Assembly: GCF_900167395.1 (NCBI RefSeq)
Contig: NZ_FUWK01000004.1
Coordinates: 1-32,000, forward strand
From: Nitrosomonas europaea
GTDB taxonomy: Bacteria; Pseudomonadota; Gammaproteobacteria; Burkholderiales; Nitrosomonadaceae
Direction: 5' to 3'
DNA: 32,000 nt
In this document: piece by piece, positions 26,140 to 32,000 of the stretch
Position numbering within the stretch: position 1 is the stretch's first letter
Layout: every line of letters begins with the position of its first letter
Notes under the pieces: model-generated
Databases searched by the model: none
What the model was told of the DNA's origin: nothing
What the model saw: only the letters and a program-made list of their open reading frames with translations
Position numbers and translations under genes: made by a program

Positions 26140-26913
26140 ATGAAATCATTCTTAAAAAATAAACAATGTGGCCAAGGTATCCGGAAAGCAGCTGTTTTAA
26201 CTGCTGCGATTGTTTCTTTGTCGGCTGCTTCGGTAAGCTGGGCGGCATCTATCACGATAGATAACCGTACTTTCGTAAACGGGAGTCAAAGTGGAAATAT
26301 TAGCGTTGCTGGTGGAGTTTTAGCAGGCCAGTTCAATTTCAATGTAACTTCCCCTGCTACTTTGGGTAATGTTACGTGGAACAGCACCTTGCAGGCATTT
26401 TGCATTGACATCAACAATTCGATAAAAAATCCGGCTACGTATAATATCGTTGCAGCAACTGACGTGGGCGGTCTGACTAACCTGCAGCTTTCTCAGGTAG
26501 GCTGGCTGTTTGATAATCATGGATCCTCGCTGGGCAGCAGTTCACAATTTGATGCAGCATTTCAGTTGACACTATGGGAAATTTTCTTTGAAACGGGACC
26601 AACATTTAATTTAAATAATGGAAGCTTCGAGGCAGAATCTGGTTTTAGTGGGGCTCGTGCCACAGCCAATGCTTGGTTAAGCGGGGTTCCTACATCTGAT
26701 GATTACACAAGTGAGAAATGGGAATTTTATACGCTGAATCCAACTAATCCACAAAATAACCAGCGTCTGATTACCTGGCGTGAAAAAGATCCTAGCCAAC
26801 CTCCTCAAGAAATCAGTGAACCGGGCACGCTTCTGTTACTGTCCATCGGCCTGGGTGTCGCATTTTTCAGCATTCGCCGTCGTAACGGGATGCAGTTTGC
26901 ATCACTCGCCTGA
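26140..26913 (+). CDS. PEP-CTERM sorting-domain secreted protein
   Basis: ATG at 26140 after AAGGAAAGG. It has a signal peptide (MKSFLKNKQCGQGIRKAAVLTAAIVSLSAASVSWA). The C-terminus SEPGTLLLLSIGLGVAFFSIRRRNG has a PEP motif, a TM helix and an Arg cluster. The gene is AT-richer than its neighbours by eye. Confidence 0.85.
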   Translation: MKSFLKNKQCGQGIRKAAVLTAAIVSLSAASVSWAASITIDNRTFVNGSQSGNISVAGGVLAGQFNFNVTSPATLGNVTWNSTLQAFCIDINNSIKNPATYNIVAATDVGGLTNLQLSQVGWLFDNHGSSLGSSSQFDAAFQLTLWEIFFETGPTFNLNNGSFEAESGFSGARATANAWLSGVPTSDDYTSEKWEFYTLNPTNPQNNQRLITWREKDPSQPPQEISEPGTLLLLSIGLGVAFFSIRRRNGMQFASLA

Positions 26914-27021
26914 ATACAAGCAGATACTGAAACAGGTTGATCAGAGTAAGGTCATCATGTGCGGGTCTTATCAAACTGACCCGCATATGACTCGTTCTGA
27001 TTGATAAAGAATTAATATACG

Positions 27022-27051
27022 ATCTGACTCGATATGAGTCAGATTTTTTTT
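27022..27051 (+). terminator. Rho-independent terminator of the PEP-CTERM gene, overlapping the rimO 3' end
   Basis: atctgactc-gatat-gagtcagat forms a perfect 9-bp stem followed by T8. A second 12-bp hairpin lies at 26956-26989. Confidence 0.8.
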
Positions 27052-28382
27052 GCCCACAAATCATGGATACCAGTGCGAGTGATGCGTACATCCACCCAGT
27101 CGCCTGGTTTGATTGAGAAATCAGGTTCGATATAGACAACACCGTCAATTTCCGGTGCATCGGCATAACTTCTGGCAATTACGCCATTTTCGTCCACTGT
27201 ATCCACCAGTACTTTGAGTATCCGGCCTTTTTTCCCGGCAAGACGTTTCTTACTGATTTCTTCCTGCCATTGCATTAACCTGGCCAGACGCTCCTGTTGT
27301 ATTTCAGAAGGAACCGGATCAGGTAGTGCATTGGCAGCCGCGCCTTTGACGGGTGAATAGGCAAATGCACCCACCCGGTCGAGCTGTGCTTCTTCCAGAA
27401 AAGCCAATAGTTCTTCGAATTCTTGCTCGGTTTCACCCGGAAAACCGACGATGAAGGTGCTGCGTAATGCGATATCCGGGCAGATATCGCGCCACTGGCG
27501 GATGCGCGCCAGTACATTTTCACTGTTGGCAGGGCGCTTCATCAGTTTGAGTATCCGTTTACTGCCGTGCTGAAAAGGGATATCCAGATAGGGCAGCAAT
27601 TTGCCTTCGGCCATCAATGGAATCAGCTCATCGACATGTGGATAAGGATAGACATAATGCAGGCGTATCCAGATCCCCAGTTCTCCCAGTGCACGTGCCA
27701 GTTCAGTGATGCGAGAGCGGATGGGTCTGCCTTGCCAGAAACCGGTGCGGTATTTGATATCCACCCCGTAGGCACTGGTATCCTGGGAAATGATCAGCAG
27801 TTCCCTGACGCCGGCATCCACTAGATTTTGTGCTTCCTGCAACACATTTCCGACCGGCCGGCTGACCAGATCACCGCGCATGCTGGGGATGATGCAGAAT
27901 GTGCAGCGATGATTGCAGCCCTCGGAAATTTTGAGATAGGCATAGTGTTTCGGCGTCAGCTTGATTCCCTGGGGGGGTACCAGATCGAGATAGGGGTCAT
28001 GCGGCTTGGGCAGATGACGATGGATGGCTTGCATCACCTCTTCAGTTGCCTGCGGACCGGTCACCGCCAGTACGCTGGGATGTGCCTGCCGGATCACATC
28101 TTCTTTCGCACCCAGACAACCGGTCACGATTACCTTGCCATTTTCCGTTAGCGCTTCACCGATCGTTTCCAGTGACTCCGCCACGGCACTGTCGATAAAA
28201 CCGCAGGTATTGACGACGACCAGATCAGCATCGGCGTAACTGGGTGAAATCAGGTAGCCCTCAGCCCGCAGGCAGGTCAGGATTCGTTCGGAATCCACGG
28301 TGGCTTTGGGGCACCCCAGTGAAACAAAGCCGACACGTGGAATTCTGGGTGGTTGTATTGTTGCGGATGAAGCAGATGTCAT
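27039..28382 (-). CDS. rimO: Ribosomal protein S12 methylthiotransferase RimO
   Basis: 447 aa. It has N-terminal MTTase cysteines (SLGCPK...NTCGF...TGC), a radical-SAM CNHRCTFC motif and a C-terminal TRAM domain. Confidence 0.95.
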   Translation of the reverse strand: MTSASSATIQPPRIPRVGFVSLGCPKATVDSERILTCLRAEGYLISPSYADADLVVVNTCGFIDSAVAESLETIGEALTENGKVIVTGCLGAKEDVIRQAHPSVLAVTGPQATEEVMQAIHRHLPKPHDPYLDLVPPQGIKLTPKHYAYLKISEGCNHRCTFCIIPSMRGDLVSRPVGNVLQEAQNLVDAGVRELLIISQDTSAYGVDIKYRTGFWQGRPIRSRITELARALGELGIWIRLHYVYPYPHVDELIPLMAEGKLLPYLDIPFQHGSKRILKLMKRPANSENVLARIRQWRDICPDIALRSTFIVGFPGETEQEFEELLAFLEEAQLDRVGAFAYSPVKGAAANALPDPVPSEIQQERLARLMQWQEEISKKRLAGKKGRILKVLVDTVDENGVIARSYADAPEIDGVVYIEPDFSIKPGDWVDVRITRTGIHDLWAKKI

Positions 28383-28589
28383 GCAAATTCCCGTTTGAAG
28401 TAATGATGATCCACCGCCCGATTATCAGGCGTCGGATAAACAGGCGATATGGTGCCAGCAGGAAATCCATTACACAAGGTTTCCGCCCATTCAATTACGT
28501 AGGGATTATTGAATGATTGCCAGTAGAAGCGTCAACAGACACGGAGCATTTCTATCTGAGGGATTTTTACAGGAGAAAAGTAACGCAGA

Positions 28590-28640
28590 TAGTTCGGCAA
28601 GTGACGTGGAGTGAAATTTTCTGTTTGACTTGCCGAACTA
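28590..28640 (-). terminator. 13-bp perfect inverted repeat after the PepSY gene (terminator candidate)
   Basis: tagttcggcaagt (28590-28602) pairs with acttgccgaacta (28628-28640) across a 25-nt loop. It starts 13 nt past the PepSY stop and is followed on the minus strand by ttacttttct. Confidence 0.45.
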
Positions 28641-28653
28641 CCGGTGGATAACG

Positions 28654-28920
28654 TTACCGTATTACCTCATTTTTTTCCGGATCGATCTTTACTTTGGTTT
28701 TTTGACCTTTGGCATCGATGATTTTTATCTCAACGATCAATTTTCCATGCTCTTGATCGACTTCAACTTCGTGAATGAGCCCCGGATTTGCAGCGACCGC
28801 GGTTTGAATCGCAGTAATGACACGATCCGCCGGCAACCCTTCACTATCGGCAAATGCATTATTGAACGAAAAAAGCAGCATGACTGCAGCGAAAACGGTA
28901 GCACTACCAATTTTCTTCAT
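28654..28920 (-). CDS. PepSY-domain periplasmic protein (88 aa)
   Basis: AAGGAG abuts the first ATG (28926), so the ATG at 28920 has proper spacing. It has a signal peptide (MKKIGSATVFAAVMLLFSFNNAFA/DS) and a small domain (ITAIQTAVAANPGLIHEVEVDQEHGKLIVEIKIIDAKGQKTKVKIDP) typical of PepSY. Confidence 0.75.
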   Translation of the reverse strand: MKKIGSATVFAAVMLLFSFNNAFADSEGLPADRVITAIQTAVAANPGLIHEVEVDQEHGKLIVEIKIIDAKGQKTKVKIDPEKNEVIR

Positions 28921-29096
28921 GATCATCTCCTTCTGGTTGATCTGTATGGATGTCAGTTCTTCTGTAGAGCTGACTATTCAGGATATTAGTCCTGCACCTG
29001 TTCAGATGCAAATGATTCATTCAAGCCAGATCTGTGATCGAGGTGTGCTTGCATCAAATTTCAGATTTTTTCCTGTCATGATGGCAGAGAAAATTG

Positions 29097-29172
29097 CGCA
29101 TCAAACAGGTCGATATATGACTTTTTTTCCAGTTAAAGCTGCCAGTTAAAAAGTCAGTGTGCGTTTGATGCG
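29097..29172. repeat. Nested inverted repeats with an internal direct repeat in the PepSY/decarboxylase intergenic region
   Basis: The outer arms are cgcatcaaac (29097-29106) and gtttgatgcg (29163-29172). The inner arms are tgacttttt (29118-29126) and aaaaagtca (29148-29156). CCAGTTAAA is directly repeated at 29129 and 29142. A third GCATCAAA copy lies at about 29050. Confidence 0.6.
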
Positions 29173-29258
29173 ATATGCGCAGAACCATATCTGATTTATG
29201 GATTCTAATGCCATGATTATTAATATTTTTTTTTGATAAAAATAATTTTAAAAAATAC

Positions 29259-29286
29259 TTGATTCTGGAAAAATCAAGCATATAAT
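29259..29286 (+). promoter_or_regulatory. Near-consensus sigma70 promoter upstream of the decarboxylase leader
   Basis: TTGATT (29259-29264), a 16-nt spacer, then TATAAT (29281-29286). The -35 and spacer carry the inverted repeat CTTGATT-N7-AATCAAG. Confidence 0.65.
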
Positions 29287-29327
29287 GCGTCCCTTTAGAA
29301 ATTTCTGCAGCCCATAAGGAGGTCATC

Positions 29328-29393
29328 ATGAGAAGCAAAATAAACCTGTTTATTCAGACTGACTGGGTTCAAGTTCATATCCCCGAAACGTAG
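29328..29393 (+). CDS. Candidate 21-aa leader peptide (MRSKINLFIQTDWVQVHIPET)
   Basis: AAGGAGG ends 5 nt before the ATG at 29328, and the TAG stop is at 29391-29393, 21 nt before the decarboxylase ATG. It lies downstream of the predicted promoter. There is no homology evidence. Confidence 0.35.
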   Translation: MRSKINLFIQTDWVQVHIPET

Positions 29394-29414
29394 CAATTTC
29401 CAGGAGAAGCTCTC

Positions 29415-30590
29415 ATGAAAAAATCATTCGCCGCAGTACAACAGCAAACAGAAACCAGTATCGTTTTCGATACACATCCTGAAGTCAGCATCGATCTTTC
29501 CCTGGTGGAAGCCAGGTTGAAACAGGGTTACCAGAAACCCTTCCTGCTGATCGACAGCAATATCATTCGCAACAAGGCCCGACGATTCAAGACATCCATG
29601 CCACGCGTGCGCCCGCATTACGCAGCCAAAGCCAATCCAGATCCACGTGTATTGAAAACACTGATCGAGGAAGGTGTGGGTTTCGAGATTGCTTCAATCG
29701 CCGAGCTCGATCTTTTGATGAGCCTGGGTGTCCCGGCAGCCGAAATCTTTTACAGCAACCCGATGAAATCACGTGCCTATATCGAGTACGCGGCTGCGAA
29801 AGGCGTGGAATGGTATGTGCTGGACAGCATCGAGGAGTTGCGCAAGATCGTCAGTATCAAACCGGATGCTAAACTGTATTTGCGTATTGATACTCCCAAT
29901 ATCGGGAGTGACTGGCCGCTGGCAGGAAAATTCGGAACTCATCTGGTCGATGTGAGTGAGATCATCGATGAAGCGGTCAGACTGAAAGCTGATTTGGCGG
30001 GTGTTACTTTTCATGTGGGTTCTCAGTGTCGCAATCCGCAGAACTGGCGAGTAGGAATCGAGCGTGCCCAGACTGTGTTTGCCAGCATGCGCGAAGCCGG
30101 TCTCAAGCCACGTCTGCTGAATCTGGGAGGGGGTTATCCGGTACGCCACGTCAAGCCGATTCCTTCTATCGAGGTTATTGCAGAAGTCATCAACGAGGCT
30201 ATCGCCGACTTGCCGGAAGATATTCACGTCATGGCTGAACCCGGACGTTATCTGGTCTCTGATTCAGCCTGTTTTGTATGCCGTGTGGTCGGTACAGCCA
30301 CGCGTAACGGTAAACGCTGGATGTACTGGGATGCCGGAATATTCGGCGGCATCATCGAAGTGAGCGAAGGACTGCGTTACGAGATTCTGACACAGCGTAA
30401 CGGCTCTTTGATTCCCTGGTCGGTTGCCGGCCCTACCTGTGATTCTGTAGACGTCCTCATGCACGATGAAATGCTGCCTGAAGATATCCAGGAAAACGAT
30501 TTCATCTTTATTCCCAACGCAGGGGCTTACACAACTTCCTATGCAAGTAACTTCAATGGCTTTCCGTTACCGGATGTCGTTGTAATTTGA
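29415..30590 (+). CDS. Type III PLP-dependent (alanine-racemase fold, eukaryotic-type) ornithine/lysine decarboxylase
   Basis: 391 aa. Motifs: PLP-lysine HYAAKANPD, HVGSQC, GGGYP, EPGRYLV and GPTCDSVD. A CAGGAG RBS lies upstream. Confidence 0.9.
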   Translation: MKKSFAAVQQQTETSIVFDTHPEVSIDLSLVEARLKQGYQKPFLLIDSNIIRNKARRFKTSMPRVRPHYAAKANPDPRVLKTLIEEGVGFEIASIAELDLLMSLGVPAAEIFYSNPMKSRAYIEYAAAKGVEWYVLDSIEELRKIVSIKPDAKLYLRIDTPNIGSDWPLAGKFGTHLVDVSEIIDEAVRLKADLAGVTFHVGSQCRNPQNWRVGIERAQTVFASMREAGLKPRLLNLGGGYPVRHVKPIPSIEVIAEVINEAIADLPEDIHVMAEPGRYLVSDSACFVCRVVGTATRNGKRWMYWDAGIFGGIIEVSEGLRYEILTQRNGSLIPWSVAGPTCDSVDVLMHDEMLPEDIQENDFIFIPNAGAYTTSYASNFNGFPLPDVVVI

Positions 30591-30615
30591 TCACCCGGAA
30601 AATGCTATTACTGTG

Positions 30616-30654
30616 GAAATGGCGGCAATTCTCATACTGATCTGCCGCCATTTC
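30616..30654. terminator. 12-bp perfect hairpin in the decarboxylase/fghA convergent gap
   Basis: gaaatggcggca pairs with tgccgccatttc across a 15-nt loop. There is no strong T-run on either side, so terminator function is uncertain. Confidence 0.4.
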
Positions 30655-30739
30655 TGATCAACCCAGAATGACCGTTTTAGCTGGTTTTATCGGACGAGAG
30701 CTCCAGTCGTTTTGCCTTGATTGTTTCCCTCATTTTGTA

Positions 30740-31606
30740 TCACTGGCCATTTGATGTCAGCCAGGTGTAGTGGTGTCGCAGATGATCTTCAATGAAAGTG
30801 CTGATAAAGAAATAGCTGTGATCATACCCGGCATGGCGGCGCAGGATGACAGACTGCCCGGCTTGCTGACAGGCCGCTTCAAAATAGCCGGGGTGCAGCT
30901 GATCCTTAAGAAATGGATCGTTCAACCCCTGATCGATCAGCGGGATCGGTAATCGGCAGCCTGATTCGATCAGTGCGGTAGCATCATGTTTACGCCAGTT
31001 TGCAGGAGATTCTCCCAGATACCGGCTGAATGCTTTTTGCCCCCAGAGACATTGAGTCGGCGCTGCGATCGGCGCAAATGCCGAGACTGACCGATAATGT
31101 CCGGGGTGGCGCAGTGCCAGTGTCAACGCGCCATGTCCTCCCATGGAATGGCCGAAAATTCCAACACGTTCAGGGTCAACCGGAAATCGGTCCAGGATAA
31201 TGTCATACAATTCCCTCGTTACATAGCTCTCCATGTGAAAATATCTGGACCAGGGCGATTCTGTCGCATCAAGATAGAATCCTGCTCCCGTTCCGAATTC
31301 CCAATCATCTGCTTCCCCCGGAATGCCGGTATTGCGCGGACTGGTATCCATGCTGACCAGTATCAGACCCAATTCAGCAGCGTAGCGTTGAGCGCCGGCC
31401 TTGATCATGAAAGTCTCTTCTGTACAAGTCAGTCCGGCGAGGAAGAACAATACCGGGAGTCGCTGTCCTCCAGCTTCTTGGACCTGTGGCGGTTCATACA
31501 CTGAAAAGCGCATCGGCAGGCCGATAATTTCCGAATGATGCTGATAGTAGCTCTGAACGCCATCAAAACAGCGATGCTGGTTCCGGGTTTCCAGTTTGAC
31601 AGTCAT
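30740..31606 (-). CDS. fghA: S-formylglutathione hydrolase (esterase D family)
   Basis: I take the ATG at 31606 (MTVKLETRNQHRCFDG...) over the track's GTG at 31618. It has the serine hydrolase motif GHSMGGHGA plus LPVLFFLAGLTCTEE and HAGYDHSYFFI, typical of FghA/FrmB. It lies directly downstream of adhC. Confidence 0.93.
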   Translation of the reverse strand: MTVKLETRNQHRCFDGVQSYYQHHSEIIGLPMRFSVYEPPQVQEAGGQRLPVLFFLAGLTCTEETFMIKAGAQRYAAELGLILVSMDTSPRNTGIPGEADDWEFGTGAGFYLDATESPWSRYFHMESYVTRELYDIILDRFPVDPERVGIFGHSMGGHGALTLALRHPGHYRSVSAFAPIAAPTQCLWGQKAFSRYLGESPANWRKHDATALIESGCRLPIPLIDQGLNDPFLKDQLHPGYFEAACQQAGQSVILRRHAGYDHSYFFISTFIEDHLRHHYTWLTSNGQ

Positions 31607-31618
31607 GGTACCGGCCAC

Positions 31619-32000
31619 TCAGAAAACCACCACTGAACGAATCGATTCGCCTGCTTCCATCAACTTGAAGCCTTCATTGATTTCTTCCAGCTTCAATATG
31701 TGTGTGATCAACGGATCAATGCTGATTTTGCCATCCATGTACCAGTCGACGATTCGTGGCACATCCGAACGGCCGCGCGCTCCGCCAAAGGCAGAGCCTT
31801 CCCATTTTCTGCCGGTAACGAGCTGGAATGGACGGGTACTGATTTCGGCGCCGGCTTTGGCTACTCCAATGATGATGCTGCGCCCCCAGCCTTTATGTGT
31901 GCATTCCAGAGCCTGACGCATAACTGTGGTATTACCGATGCATTCAAAGCTGTAGTCTGCACCACCGTCAGTCAGTTGTATCACAGCATCCACCACGTTT
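31619..32000 (-). CDS. adhC: S-(hydroxymethyl)glutathione dehydrogenase / class III alcohol dehydrogenase, C-terminal part (5' end outside the window)
   Basis: The frame is open to the window edge. DGGADYSFECIGNTTVMRQALECTHKGWGRSIIIGVAKAGAEISTRPFQLVTGRKWEGSAFGGARGRSDVPRIVDWY is the conserved C-terminal half of class III Zn-ADH. Confidence 0.93.
   Translation of the reverse strand, partial: NVVDAVIQLTDGGADYSFECIGNTTVMRQALECTHKGWGRSIIIGVAKAGAEISTRPFQLVTGRKWEGSAFGGARGRSDVPRIVDWYMDGKISIDPLITHILKLEEINEGFKLMEAGESIRSVVVF

Noticed and set aside
26780-27004. 74-aa + strand ORF overlapping the PEP-CTERM gene 3' end
   Set aside because: It is out of frame with the PEP-CTERM C-terminal sorting signal, which is clearly the real frame, and runs through two hairpins.
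28630-28989. 119-aa + strand ORF
   Set aside because: It is antisense to the PepSY gene, which has an RBS, a signal peptide and a domain pattern.
29005-29023. Fur-box-like AATGATTCATT palindrome upstream of the PepSY gene
   Set aside because: Compared with the 19-bp Fur consensus GATAATGATAATCATTATC, it lacks the two central bases, and only about 8 of 19 positions match in an ungapped alignment. This is too weak to call.
29259-29279. TTGAT...ATCAA inverted repeat as an FNR/CRP-family site
   Set aside because: The spacing between half-sites is 9 nt, not the 4 nt of FNR boxes (TTGAT-N4-ATCAA). I kept it only as a generic operator candidate.
29054-29338. 94-aa minus-strand ORF in the AT-rich intergenic region
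   Set aside because: It is Lys/Ile/Phe-rich as expected from AT-rich DNA and has no RBS. It overlaps the predicted promoter and leader of the decarboxylase.

Overview
This is a chromosomal window that looks like a betaproteobacterial ammonia oxidiser of the Nitrosomonas europaea/eutropha type. That placement is an inference from the divergent nsrR / ncgA-ncgB-ncgC-nirK arrangement; no rRNA or tRNA is present to confirm it.

Gene order, left to right:
- 3' end of an IS transposase, cut by the window edge
- a minus-strand DNA-repair trio: family-4/5 UDG, a 4-OT-family tautomerase, uvrC
- tamA-tamB
- nsrR, divergent from the nitrifier-denitrification cluster ncgABC-nirK, with a clear sigma70 promoter and a perfect 11-1-11 NsrR-type palindrome
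- two tandem cyanophycin synthetase paralogs; the upstream one has a degenerate, truncated Mur-ligase-like domain
- an AbrB/MazE-MazF toxin-antitoxin pair, wedged between the synthetases and the next pair
- a translationally coupled DUF1854 protein and an ABC half-transporter with an N-terminal extension
- an ECF sigma factor and a DUF3619 anti-sigma-like protein with a long acidic tail
- bolA, then lemA-TPM-TPM
- a PEP-CTERM protein behind a sigma54-like promoter
- rimO, a PepSY protein, a eukaryotic-type ornithine decarboxylase preceded by a candidate leader peptide, and fghA-adhC (adhC runs off the window edge)

I saw no CRISPR array, rRNA, tRNA or recognisable defence island.

The most interesting items are:
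- the cyanophycin locus: a catalytically asymmetric CphA pair plus an uncharacterised DUF1854/ABC pair, split by a TA module
- two strong-SD mini-ORFs in the leaders of ncgA and the decarboxylase
- a possible Cys-Gln thioester-type motif pair in the PEP-CTERM protein
- an ECF sigma gene that appears to lack a canonical start codon

All family assignments come from reading motifs by eye. No searches were run.
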